Shown in pieces: positions 28,902-38,815 of a stretch of DNA of 64,000 nt (positions are counted from its first letter, which is position 1; each line of letters starts with the position of its first letter). The position numbers and the translations under genes were made by a program. This DNA is from an uncultured candidate division Zixibacteria bacterium (lineage in GTDB: Bacteria > Zixibacteria > MSB-5A5 > UBA10806 > 4484-95): assembly GCA_963668625.2 (NCBI GenBank), contig CAXXKA010000008.1, positions 256,001 to 320,000 of the forward strand, in the 5' to 3' direction. The notes beneath the pieces were generated by a model, which was not told where the DNA came from, made no database searches, and saw only the letters and a program-made list of their open reading frames with translations.

Positions 28902-30380
28902 ATGAGGACGTTAAAATATCTCCTGGCTCTTACAATGATTTTCATACTATCTCAACCTCTATTCGCTCAAATGGCCGACACTGTCTGGACTAAACGATTC
29001 GGCGGCAACAGGTGGGATGAGGGCTCCTCCGTCCGCAGGCTTGATGACGGCGGATATATCATAACCGGCTACTCGGCCTCTTTCGGTGATGCTCTCGGTG
29101 ATTTCTACGTGGTTCGCACCGACTACCACGGCAATACAATTTGGGAAAACACCTATGGCGGCAATGATTGGGACTGGGCCTACTGCCTGGCTACCGCGCC
29201 CGCGGGAGGTTTCGTTACAGTAGGTTATTCGCAGTCTTTTGGCGAGGGAATCGGCACAATATATTTTATCAAAATTAACGGCGGCGGCCAGATCGAATGG
29301 ACGAAAACTTACGGCAGCCAGTTTAACGATGACGCCCGATGCGTACAACGAACCAAGCAACACGGTATCGGTAACGGTTACATTATCTGCGGCTGGACTC
29401 ATCACCCGGAATATATGCGCGATGTTTACCTGATACGAACCGACTACGACGGCGACACACTCTGGACGAAACGTTACGGCGAGGACAATGACGAGTTAGG
29501 TTACTGGGTATCGCAGACACCCGATTACGGCTATGTCGTTACGGGAGCTGTAAGGTATAACGATAATCTCTGCACCGATATGTACCTTCTGAAAACCGAC
29601 CCTTATGGTAATACGCTCTGGTCGCGAAATTACGGCGGAGAGAATTACGAATGCGCATACCAGGTGATTCAGGACTACCATAGCGGCGGCTACGTATTGA
29701 TAGGTGAATCCAAATCATTCGGCACTGGTGACTATGATATATATATGGTAAAAACGGATGCCGAGGGTGATACGGTCTGGACCAGAACATACGGCGGCCC
29801 CGGTGATGAGCACGGCTATAAAGTTTTATACGAACCGGATGGCTATGTCATCGTGGGATCAACTGAATCTTACGGCGCCGGTGATTTCGATATCTGGTTG
29901 ATAAAAACCGATGTTGATGGTAACGCTATCGGTGCACGAACATACGGCGGCCGCGGGTTCGATTATGGTTTCTCGGTTATCAAAACTGATAATAACGAAT
30001 ACCTGATAACAGGAACCACCGGATCATTCAGCAGTAACGGCACTTTTGATGCCTACCTGCTCAAAGTCCACCCCGACTTCACGGTAGGTATCGATGATGA
30101 TAATATGACCATTCCGGATGATATCGGCTTATCGCAAAACTATCCCAATCCGTTCAACGCTAAAACATCCATAAGATTTGAATTAACTAAACAGTCGCAA
30201 ATAACGCTTGATATATACGACGTTCTTGGAAATAAAATAACTACGTTAGCTAATGACATCTACCCGGCGGGCAATCATAATATCTCGTTTGATGCCTTCC
30301 GCTACGCCAGCGGTATATATTTCTATAAACTCGATACGGGAGACTACACCGAGACCAAGAAGATGTTGCTGATAAAATAA
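28902..30380 (+). CDS. Secreted beta-propeller repeat protein (WxKTYGG repeats) with CTD (gene F)
   Basis: About seven YLIKTDxxGDTLWTKxYGG repeats, CTD. Confidence 0.85.
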   Translation: MRTLKYLLALTMIFILSQPLFAQMADTVWTKRFGGNRWDEGSSVRRLDDGGYIITGYSASFGDALGDFYVVRTDYHGNTIWENTYGGNDWDWAYCLATAPAGGFVTVGYSQSFGEGIGTIYFIKINGGGQIEWTKTYGSQFNDDARCVQRTKQHGIGNGYIICGWTHHPEYMRDVYLIRTDYDGDTLWTKRYGEDNDELGYWVSQTPDYGYVVTGAVRYNDNLCTDMYLLKTDPYGNTLWSRNYGGENYECAYQVIQDYHSGGYVLIGESKSFGTGDYDIYMVKTDAEGDTVWTRTYGGPGDEHGYKVLYEPDGYVIVGSTESYGAGDFDIWLIKTDVDGNAIGARTYGGRGFDYGFSVIKTDNNEYLITGTTGSFSSNGTFDAYLLKVHPDFTVGIDDDNMTIPDDIGLSQNYPNPFNAKTSIRFELTKQSQITLDIYDVLGNKITTLANDIYPAGNHNISFDAFRYASGIYFYKLDTGDYTETKKMLLIK

Positions 30381-30496
30381 CGGCGGATATCCCTGTCTAC
30401 CGCATAGGACAATATCGAAAAAAAACCCTATGGAATAATCCAAACAATTCATTGTATATATCATGCTGAAACTAAACGTAACGGAGGTGTAAATAC

Positions 30497-30991
30497 ATGA
30501 GAATAATCATTATTTCATTCTTACTGCTATCACTGATGATCGGAGGATGCCAAACCGTGGATAAACAAATTGATATCGCGGCTGAAAAAGCCATCATAGA
30601 AAAAGTAATTAAAAACAATATCGCCTGGGCTGTTACTAAAGACACTACCCTGCTATACAGCACGGTTGCCCAGGATGAGGACCTGTTTTATTTCAGCCCA
30701 TCGGATAACGGCACTATATCCGGGTTTGAGGCTTTTAAACAGCTTACCGAGGGCTTTTTCATGCATCCTGATTTCAAGGGTGTAGATTCCAACACTCGCG
30801 AGATGGTCATCCATATTTCGCAATCAGGGGATGCCGCCTGGTGGCATTGCCGTCTGGATGATTTTAACGAGTGGAAAGGTCAACCGGCAAACTGGGAGGA
30901 TTATCGCTGGTCGGGCGTACTGGAAAAACGCGAAGGCAAGTGGGTGATAGTCCAGATGCATTTCTCCAGGGCAACCGACAAAGCCGAGTAG
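30497..30991 (+). CDS. SnoaL/NTF2-like lipoprotein
   Basis: SD GGAGG, lipobox IGGC, RWSGVLEKREGKWVIVQMHFS. Confidence 0.85.
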   Translation: MRIIIISFLLLSLMIGGCQTVDKQIDIAAEKAIIEKVIKNNIAWAVTKDTTLLYSTVAQDEDLFYFSPSDNGTISGFEAFKQLTEGFFMHPDFKGVDSNTREMVIHISQSGDAAWWHCRLDDFNEWKGQPANWEDYRWSGVLEKREGKWVIVQMHFSRATDKAE

Positions 30992-31210
30992 AAATATCAA
31001 GATCATGTGGCCGGTAAACGGGGAGAGGCTATCCCATAATCAGGCAGATCACCTTATTGCCTGCTCCTCCCAAAGACAACCATAATAAGATGTTGAGCCA
31101 TTAACAAGTAAGCGGTTTATTGTTTTCAGCTAAACCGAATCATTTATATACGAGACGCTTTGGGGGCTGATCTCGCTAATCCGTTGCATTCCTTAAATCT
31201 AATTTAATAA

Positions 31211-31235
31211 GGGCACGCAGAGACGTGCGTTGCCC
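31211..31235. repeat. REP-like hairpin
   Basis: GGGCACGCA-GAGACG-TGCGTTGCCC in a palindrome-rich intergenic region. Confidence 0.4.
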
Positions 31236-31356
31236 ACATCAACGGAATTTGAGGTGAGGACGTATCGAAATACGCTTCCGGCGGGCAACTTATCTATTTT
31301 GTAGATAACTCTGCAACAGTAAAAAACGTCATTCCAGTTACTCTTATTCGGGCATA

Positions 31357-31384
31357 TTGACAAATATTATTTATGATTTATATT
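31357..31384 (+). promoter_or_regulatory. sigma70-like promoter
   Basis: TTGACA-N16-TATATT. Confidence 0.5.
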
Positions 31385-31451
31385 ATCATTGAGAGAACAA
31401 ACCGCCGGGAATGTTATCATTTTAAAACTTAAACGTTAGATGAGGTGTTGT

Positions 31452-32855
31452 ATGAGTTGTAAATCTATAGGAAAATTAGCGATCTTTTTTGTTCTAGCCG
31501 TTTTCTCGGCAGCCCTGGCCGATATCAATTGGACAGAACATGTCATCGATGATGACTTTGAGGATGCCTGGGGCGTTTACATATGCGATTTCGATAATGA
31601 CGGCGATATGGATATCATCGGTTGCTCAAAAGAGGATGGCATAGCCGGTTACGAAAACGATGGCATGCAGAATTTCGAAAAAGTCGTACAGGATAATACT
31701 ATCGGCAGCATTAACGCCATTGAGGCCGTCGATTTCGATGGCGACGGCTTACTCGATATCCTGGCCGCCGGCGAAGGGCACAGTAATGATGGTATCGTTG
31801 CCTGGTACCACAACAATGACTCATTGAGTTTCACTCGTTATGATATAACTACCGACCTGGAGTATTGCCAGCACGCCGAGGCAAAAGATATCGACAGCGA
31901 CGGTGATATCGATATCCTGGCATGCGGTAGCTGGAGTTACGAGATAGTCTGGTTCGAAAACGACGGCGAACAGGTTTTCACCCGTCACAGCATTATTGAT
32001 GATTATGGCTATTCATATTTCGCAACAGCCGTTGATTTCGATTTAGATGAAGATATCGATATAGTAGCCGCCGGGGCGTACGAGGATATTACCTGGTTCG
32101 AAAACGATGGTGACGAAAATTTTACAGCCCACGATATATCCGACCTCGATACCTGTTTCTCGGCCTCGCTGGCAATCGCTGATTTGAATAATGATGGTGA
32201 TCTGGATATAATTGCTCCTGATCTCTGGCAAGATAAGGTATTCGCTTTCATCAATCTCGGCGGTATGACATTCTCGATGTATACTATCGACCACTCTTAT
32301 AACGGCGTCTATGATGTCGCCGTGGCGGATATCAATAACGATGGTTTTCTGGACATTACGGGAGCAGCCTGGGATGATGCAATGGTGTCATGGTGGGAAA
32401 ATATCAGCGATAGCGGATATGTCCGTCACGACCTGACCGATGAATACCCACGCGCCAGACGAGCCAGACCGGCGGATATCAATGGCGACGGCGCTCTTGA
32501 TATCGTAGCAACCTGCCAGCAGGGAGATAAACTCGCCTGGTGGGAAAACGACCTGTATACCTCCATCCCTGCTGATGATAATAAATTGCCCGAGAACGTA
32601 TCTCTTCTAAGCGCCTACCCGAATCCATTTAACGCCACCACTACCATCTCATTCGATTTGAATAATCCTCAACAGACACGATTGGATATTTACGATATTC
32701 AGGGCAGAAAAATAACCACCCTTCTAAATGAGTACAAACAGGCCGGGCATTATAATGTACATTTCGATGCTTCCGAATATGCCAGCGGTGTTTATCTATA
32801 TCGCTTACAGGCAGGTGATTATTCCGAATCGAAAAGAGTGGTGCTGCTGAAATAG
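31452..32855 (+). CDS. Secreted FG-GAP/VCBS-repeat protein with CTD
   Basis: SD GAGGTG, DFDxDGDxDI..WFEN repeats, SAYPNPFN...KRVVLLK. Confidence 0.87.
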   Translation: MSCKSIGKLAIFFVLAVFSAALADINWTEHVIDDDFEDAWGVYICDFDNDGDMDIIGCSKEDGIAGYENDGMQNFEKVVQDNTIGSINAIEAVDFDGDGLLDILAAGEGHSNDGIVAWYHNNDSLSFTRYDITTDLEYCQHAEAKDIDSDGDIDILACGSWSYEIVWFENDGEQVFTRHSIIDDYGYSYFATAVDFDLDEDIDIVAAGAYEDITWFENDGDENFTAHDISDLDTCFSASLAIADLNNDGDLDIIAPDLWQDKVFAFINLGGMTFSMYTIDHSYNGVYDVAVADINNDGFLDITGAAWDDAMVSWWENISDSGYVRHDLTDEYPRARRARPADINGDGALDIVATCQQGDKLAWWENDLYTSIPADDNKLPENVSLLSAYPNPFNATTTISFDLNNPQQTRLDIYDIQGRKITTLLNEYKQAGHYNVHFDASEYASGVYLYRLQAGDYSESKRVVLLK

Positions 32856-32882
32856 ATATAAGATTTATCAAAAAAGTTAACG

Positions 32883-32908
32883 GTAGGGGTTCATTATTTT
32901 GAACCCCT
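32883..32908. repeat. GTAG-type REP-like hairpin, possibly acting as terminator
   Basis: GTAGGGGTTCA-TTATTT-TGAACCCCT followed by TTT. Confidence 0.55.
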
Positions 32909-33261
32909 TTCTATTTATATCATCCCGATCAAACAGGTGTTCGACATACGAAAAGACATGTCATGCCGTGCCTTTATGTTTGGTATTTGATTTCCCTCTT
33001 GAATGAAATTACAATCTATCATACCAGCCGGGCGGCCTGAACCCCATATTCCCGAACAATCCTTTATATTTTGCATATCATACAATAATGTTTATATTGA
33101 TATTCAAAATATGCCGAACCGGCTGAATGTATCGGCATTAATTTAACAGAGAGGTCAATAGCAAAGCCCGAATCAATATTTAGAAATAGAGCGTTTTGCC
33201 GAATATGTTAATGTCTCGAGCAGGTTGAGCAGTCGGCATTATTTAAATGAGGTAACACGAG

Positions 33262-34212
33262 ATGTCAAAAAATTTCGCCTTAATAGGATGCGGCGGTTAT
33301 GTCGCCCCTCGCCACATGAAAGCTATAAAAGATACTGGAAATACCCTGGTTGCCGCCATCGATCCGTTCGATTCTGTAGGCATACTCGACAGATATTTTA
33401 CCGATGTGCGTTTTTTCACCGAATTCGAACGCTTCGACCGTCATATTGATAAATTGCGACGTAAAAACGAGGGCTCCCAGGTTCACTACGTATCTATCTG
33501 CTCGCCTAATTTCCTTCATGACGCACACGCACGTTTCGCCCTTCGTATAGGCTCGAGCGCAATCTGTGAAAAGCCAATGGTGCTCAATCCCTGGAATATC
33601 GATGCTCTTCAGGAGCTCGAGGCCGAAAGTGAAGGAAAAATCAAAACGGTCTTACAGCTTCGGGTTCATCCCTCTATTATCAAACTAAAAGCCGAGTTGG
33701 AAAAAGCGAAATCCACTAAGAAAAAAGAGGTAGTTCTAACTTATATCACCTCACGCGGCCCCTGGTACCTGCAGTCATGGAAAGGTCAAATTGAAAAATC
33801 AGGCGGATTGGCAACCAATATCGGTATTCATTTCTTCGATATGTTGCTCTGGCTATTCGGTAAGGTGGAGCATAAAGAGGTGCATCACGATTCCCCTTTG
33901 AAAACCGGCGGCTATCTCGATTTAGAGGGAGCTAACGTAAAATGGTATCTATCTATCGATAGAAATGACCTGCCCAAAGAGGCAACCGATAAAGGCCAAC
34001 CGACATTCAGGTCTATCACCATTGATGGCGAAGAGTTGGAGTTCTCGGGCGGATTTACCGATTTGCACACCGTTGTCTACAAAGATATTCTCAACGGTAA
34101 AGGTTATGGTCTGGATGCGGTTAAGCCCTCGATAACTTTAGCCCACGATATCAGGAATGCCAAGGCTACCGGGATAAGCCCGAACTCCCATAGTTTTTTA
34201 CAGAAGCTATAG
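33262..34212 (+). CDS. wbpB: UDP-N-acetyl-2-amino-2-deoxyglucuronate dehydrogenase (Gfo/Idh/MocA, WbpB/WlbA-like)
   Basis: NFALIG.GGYVAPRH.KAI, DSVGILD, FFTEFERFDRH, CEKP, YITSRG.WY..SWKG, ATNIGIHFFD, EFSGGFTDLH. Confidence 0.88.
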   Translation: MSKNFALIGCGGYVAPRHMKAIKDTGNTLVAAIDPFDSVGILDRYFTDVRFFTEFERFDRHIDKLRRKNEGSQVHYVSICSPNFLHDAHARFALRIGSSAICEKPMVLNPWNIDALQELEAESEGKIKTVLQLRVHPSIIKLKAELEKAKSTKKKEVVLTYITSRGPWYLQSWKGQIEKSGGLATNIGIHFFDMLLWLFGKVEHKEVHHDSPLKTGGYLDLEGANVKWYLSIDRNDLPKEATDKGQPTFRSITIDGEELEFSGGFTDLHTVVYKDILNGKGYGLDAVKPSITLAHDIRNAKATGISPNSHSFLQKL

Positions 34213-34298
34213 GCTAAGTTATTTCCAATAAATTATTTATCCGGTTTAACAGGCATTAACCCGGCCTGTTCAGGTAAACCATTAATATCATGATAATG

Positions 34299-34326
34299 TT
34301 GACAAAATATAGAATTATTATATATT
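34299..34326 (+). promoter_or_regulatory. sigma70-like promoter
   Basis: TTGACA-N16-TATATT. Confidence 0.5.
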
Positions 34327-34396
34327 ACTATAACGATAACCCAAAGTATCGGGCAGGGAGTAATAATATAGTTAATTGGTAATCATCGGAGGTTTT

Positions 34397-35674
34397 ATGT
34401 TGCCTGCAGGTAACCGTTTTTTAGGATTTATCATTATCATAATACTAATTACCAGCGCTACGCTATACGGCAGGTTGCGATATATACCGGATGATTATAC
34501 GAATATTCAAACCGCAATCAATGATTCCGGCGGCGGCGATACTCTTATTGTGCGTCCCGGCACTTATTACGAAAATATCAATTTCAACGGGCAAAACCTG
34601 GTATTGGCCTCGGAGATGCTTCTAACCGGTGACTACAACTATATCGAAACCACTATCCTCGATGGCGACTCCTCGGATGCTGTTTTAACATTTGCCAACG
34701 GCGAGGGGCCATCATCTCTGGTATACGGCTTTACCATTCAACACGGCAAATCACATGATGGCGCCGGTGTTTTCTGTGATGGCGCCAGCCCGATTATCGC
34801 TTACAACATAATTCGCAATAATTATGCCTACCGTCCCACTGGCGGCGGTAATGGTGGCGGAGTATATTGCTCGTACTCCAACGCTATTATCATGAACAAT
34901 CTGATAGCGCACAATCAATGCTCGGGAGTCTATGGCGGATTCGGCGCCGGTATAGCCAGCAGAAACGCCGTTCCGATCATAATTAACAATACGATAACCC
35001 GTAATTTATCGAATCAACTCGGTGGCGGTTTATTCTCGACATATTCCAACCCGGTAGTTACCAACTGTATTTTCTGGAACAATGAGGCGGTAGATGAGGG
35101 CAACGAACTGTATATACACGAAAGCGATTTCTCTATCACCTACAGCGATATTTTCGCCGGCTATGCCGGACAGGGCAATATTAATTCCAACCCTGAATTC
35201 CGCGATCCGGCTAACGATGACTTCCGCCTGATGTCTACCGAATATGGTTATTCTTACGATTCACCATGCATCGATACGGGCAATCCATTGTTCAAGGATC
35301 ACATTCTTAGCGAACTATGGGGGCTGGGCACGGTAACCAGCGATATGGGCGCGTTTGGTGGTGGTGATTCCACCGGCACCGATATTTTCGGGGAAATACG
35401 GAGTATCCCCGATAAAATCGCTTTAAATCAGAATTATCCGAATCCTTTTAATCCGGTTACGAAAATAGATTTTAATTTGAACGAACCTCAACATGTAATA
35501 CTTAAAGTCTTCAATCTATTGGGCCAGGAAATAGAGTCGCTCATTGATAATACTCTTGAGGCCGGTTCGCACTCTGTTACATTTGACGCCTCAAAGCTTT
35601 CCAGCGGTGTATACTATTACACCCTGAAAACGAATGACAGAGTCGAATCGAGAAGTATGGTGTTGATGAAATAG
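34397..35674 (+). CDS. Secreted parallel beta-helix protein with CTD
   Basis: SD GGAGG, IPDDYTNIQTAIN..GDT..V.PGTYYENI, SPCIDTG, SDMGAFGG, QNYPNPFNP. Confidence 0.85.
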   Translation: MLPAGNRFLGFIIIIILITSATLYGRLRYIPDDYTNIQTAINDSGGGDTLIVRPGTYYENINFNGQNLVLASEMLLTGDYNYIETTILDGDSSDAVLTFANGEGPSSLVYGFTIQHGKSHDGAGVFCDGASPIIAYNIIRNNYAYRPTGGGNGGGVYCSYSNAIIMNNLIAHNQCSGVYGGFGAGIASRNAVPIIINNTITRNLSNQLGGGLFSTYSNPVVTNCIFWNNEAVDEGNELYIHESDFSITYSDIFAGYAGQGNINSNPEFRDPANDDFRLMSTEYGYSYDSPCIDTGNPLFKDHILSELWGLGTVTSDMGAFGGGDSTGTDIFGEIRSIPDKIALNQNYPNPFNPVTKIDFNLNEPQHVILKVFNLLGQEIESLIDNTLEAGSHSVTFDASKLSSGVYYYTLKTNDRVESRSMVLMK

Positions 35675-35763
35675 AATCATCTACCCGGCTATACGACATC
35701 AATTATAGTTTGCTATATTTATTGTCGATAATATATATAGTATAATTGCAAGGGGAGAAAATC

Positions 35764-36849
35764 ATGGGAAGACTTAGATTAAAATTGAGTGTTGTTTTAT
35801 GCCTGATAATTATCGGGCTTTTTAGCAGTTCACTTTCCGCTCAACCGCTGATTGCAGATCATACCCTGACCGGCTACTGGTCCGAAATACCGACCTCGGT
35901 TATTGATCGAATATCTAATGATTTCGAGATCTATTACTGGCATACCTCTCATGGCGGCCAGATTATTTCGGGCTTGACCGAGGTAAGCGATCTGGATGAC
36001 AGATTTCCGGATTTAAACTATTACCCGTACGAAATCATCAGTGAGATCGGCGATGACCTCGGCTACGATGGCGATACCACCTGGGCGGGACCTACCCGAA
36101 CATTCTTGAACAGCCATCCCAATTGTAATATGGTGATGTATAGCTGGTGCGGCGGCGTATCGTATAACAGCGAATCGGGTATTAACGTCTATCTCAATAA
36201 AATGACCGAACTGGAGAGCCAGTATCCAGGCGTAACATTCGTTTACATGACCGGCCATCTCGATGGTGGCGGGCCATCCGGCAACCTGTACGTTCGCAAC
36301 AACCAAATCCGCCAATACTGTAACGCCAATAACAAAGTGCTTTTCGATTTCGCGGATATCGAGTCATACGATCCCGATGGCAATTACTACCCCAATGCCA
36401 GTGACGCTTGCGAATGGTGTTCGAGCTGGTGTACCGATAACGGTCACGATTGCCTGGATGATTGCTACTGCGCTCATTCGCATTGTTTCAATTGCCGGCG
36501 TAAAGCCCAAACCTGGTGGGTGATGACCGCCCTTATCGCGGGATGGACAATAACGGATATCGAAACCGAAACCACCAACCTTCCGGGGAAAACTCATATA
36601 TCACAGAATTACCCTAATCCATTCAACGAATCGACCATTATAAAGTACGAGTTGATGAGCCAATCGGATATACTGATAGAAATTTTCACGGTGGATGGCC
36701 GTCTGGTTAAAACACTTGTCGATGGCAACAAACCGGCCGGAAGTTACCAGGTGATGTGGAATGCGTCCGAAAATTCGGCAGGAGTATACCTGGCAAAAAT
36801 AACGACCTCGGATTACGCTGAAAAAATAAAAATGATATTACTAAAATAG
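35764..36849 (+). CDS. Secreted uncharacterised Cys-rich protein with CTD
   Basis: Signal peptide, HTSHGGQI, SWCG, YMTGHLDG, LFDFADIES, Cys cluster and AHSH, CTD. Confidence 0.8.
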   Translation: MGRLRLKLSVVLCLIIIGLFSSSLSAQPLIADHTLTGYWSEIPTSVIDRISNDFEIYYWHTSHGGQIISGLTEVSDLDDRFPDLNYYPYEIISEIGDDLGYDGDTTWAGPTRTFLNSHPNCNMVMYSWCGGVSYNSESGINVYLNKMTELESQYPGVTFVYMTGHLDGGGPSGNLYVRNNQIRQYCNANNKVLFDFADIESYDPDGNYYPNASDACEWCSSWCTDNGHDCLDDCYCAHSHCFNCRRKAQTWWVMTALIAGWTITDIETETTNLPGKTHISQNYPNPFNESTIIKYELMSQSDILIEIFTVDGRLVKTLVDGNKPAGSYQVMWNASENSAGVYLAKITTSDYAEKIKMILLK

Positions 36850-37067
36850 TAAACTACCACCGATTAAAGGACCGGCGGCTTTTATCCTGACTACTTAAAT
36901 CGGCTGGTACTGGCTGCAAAACTCCGATTTTGCGGCCCACCGTATTTGAAAAACTTCGGTTTGAATTTCTTCCATATTCCAGAACAAAATCTAAATACGG
37001 TTTGGCATGGCTTACTCTAAAGGTTATAGCAGCAAGATAAAAGGCTGTACTGGATTACCGCCTCCTT

Positions 37068-37201
37068 GATTGTTGAAAAATCCCGTATCATAGTCGCTGG
37101 TGTGACGAGGTCTTTTGTTTATCCTTTTCCGGCAACATACTGCATGAAAACCGGTGTCAGGAAATGATTCCTGCCACCTGAGCGAGGTTTTTCGACAACC
37201 T
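37068..37201. mobile_element. MITE-like dispersed repeat, copy 2
   Basis: Terminal IRs GATTGTTGAAAAA / TTTTTCGACAACC; internal ATCCTTTTCCGGCAACATAC and GTGTCAGGAA-ATGA-TTCCTGCCAC hairpin. Confidence 0.6.
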
Positions 37202-37328
37202 CCTCCGCGTCAATGACAGATATACTATAGTACTGCTATTGGGAGAATCAGCCGTTGCTACTGATAACCTGCCTGCTTTTTGAGAATGCTTCGCTTTAAA
37301 CGCGCACGCCGGTGTAACCGAGCGATCG

Positions 37329-38042
37329 TTAGTTTTTAACCTCGACACCACCCATAATCGCGATACCTTTAACAATAAGTTTCTTAGTCGCCATGCCCGA
37401 GTCTTCGCCGGATTTCTGTTCCCGTGATTGAATGGTCTTATCGCTCATACCGCCCATTATCGGCAAACCGTTAAATACCACACTCCAGTGCTTGGGGACT
37501 ACAATATCAACGCCACCCATAAAAGCGAATACATCGATGATCAGGGTATCGCCCTGCATTTCGGCGTTCGTTAGGTTGATCGTGCCGCCACCCATGATTG
37601 TCGTAGCGCTGCCGCCGATTAACTCTCTGGATCTGTAATTATACTCGCCACCCCCTATAACGGCGCTGAAATTGATAATGTTACTTTCGATACCGCCCGT
37701 TTTTCGTCCCGGACAAAACGCCTGCCTTATGATAGCAGCGCCGACGAGGATCAAGAGAATCGGCCACAACTGTCTAAAACCTATATCGAGAATGTCGAGT
37801 GCAGCCAGTTGAAATATTACGCCGATAGCCAGAATTATCAATCCGCCATAGGTATTTCGATACTCGGCAGGCTGCATCAACTTGCCCAGGCCGATAATAA
37901 TGAATATCAGTGGCCAAAAATCCCAGAAATCTATGCCCGTATCGAAACCAAAGCTATTTAGCAAACCGATAAGGCCTACCAGGATGATAAACAATCCAAG
38001 GATAGTTTTATAATTGAATATACTTTTAGTGCCAGCGCTCAT
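37329..38042 (-). CDS. LiaF-like cell-wall-antibiotic response membrane protein (DUF5668 plus DUF2154-like)
   Basis: Four TM helices with FWPLI/LWPIL, then AFMGGVDIVVP.HW and IMGGVEVKN. Confidence 0.85.
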   Translation of the reverse strand: MSAGTKSIFNYKTILGLFIILVGLIGLLNSFGFDTGIDFWDFWPLIFIIIGLGKLMQPAEYRNTYGGLIILAIGVIFQLAALDILDIGFRQLWPILLILVGAAIIRQAFCPGRKTGGIESNIINFSAVIGGGEYNYRSRELIGGSATTIMGGGTINLTNAEMQGDTLIIDVFAFMGGVDIVVPKHWSVVFNGLPIMGGMSDKTIQSREQKSGEDSGMATKKLIVKGIAIMGGVEVKN

Positions 38043-38129
38043 CTGCTCCTCCTATATTGAATACAATATTCTCGCAGTTAGAATCGGTAATCAAACCCAA
38101 CTATATACATTATACGGCTAAATATCAAA

Positions 38130-38558
38130 TCAGATTCGTATTTCTTCGATCCTGATGATTTTTTCCTCTATATACGAGTAAAACTGATCCAGCTCCAGTA
38201 AGTCAAGCGCCATCCAATTAGCGAATTTGCTTTTAGAAAAACCGGTGACAAACATCACGCAGTCACATTCGTTAATTCGCTCGGGATCGATGACGGGTAA
38301 ATTGTTCTTTTGGGAGGAAATCCTTTCATAAATCAATCGTCGAATTTCCGGTTTGAGATTGCTTAAATCAGCGGCGTTCACATCACTTTCGACTCGTATA
38401 TCCTCGGAGCAGGTACATGTTATTCTGGCAGCTATCAAAACCTTCTCAACTCCGTTATTATTGCTTTTGTCTTTCAGGGACACTGGAGCAATCATGAACA
38501 TGGGATGCTGGATCAAGCTTTGACATTGCTTGCAGTAACGTTTATTAGTATCAGTCAC
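38130..38558 (-). CDS. Hypothetical protein with Cys motifs
   Basis: 142-aa ORF with SD AGGA; CKQC, CTC, CDC; family not recognised. Confidence 0.55.
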   Translation of the reverse strand: MTDTNKRYCKQCQSLIQHPMFMIAPVSLKDKSNNNGVEKVLIAARITCTCSEDIRVESDVNAADLSNLKPEIRRLIYERISSQKNNLPVIDPERINECDCVMFVTGFSKSKFANWMALDLLELDQFYSYIEEKIIRIEEIRI

Positions 38559-38671
38559 ATATTATCCTGTTTTAGAAGTCAGACTACTGGCAATTTCTTT
38601 AACATATGAGATATCGGCATCGGTTCCTTAATTAGTAATGAAACGCTATATTTTTATTTCCCAAAATGCGA

Positions 38672-38703
38672 AAAGCCCGTCAGGGGGGCTAGACGGGCTC
38701 TTG
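38672..38703 (-). terminator. Intrinsic terminator downstream of the hemerythrin gene
   Basis: AGAGCCCGTC-loop-GACGGGCT followed by TTT on the minus strand. Confidence 0.7.
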
Positions 38704-38815
38704 TCACAAAGCAGTACTTTTATCGCCTGATATTATTTAGAATATCAATATGAATAATTTATGATAGTATCATGAAAATCATGTTAAAATCATAGACGGG
38801 ATAAATGGAAAACAA

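Noticed and set aside
22278-30380. Diversity-generating retroelement (TR/VR pairs at gene 3' ends)
   Set aside because: Mismatches are mostly synonymous and not adenine-specific, no non-coding template copy is evident, and there is no reverse transcriptase in the window.
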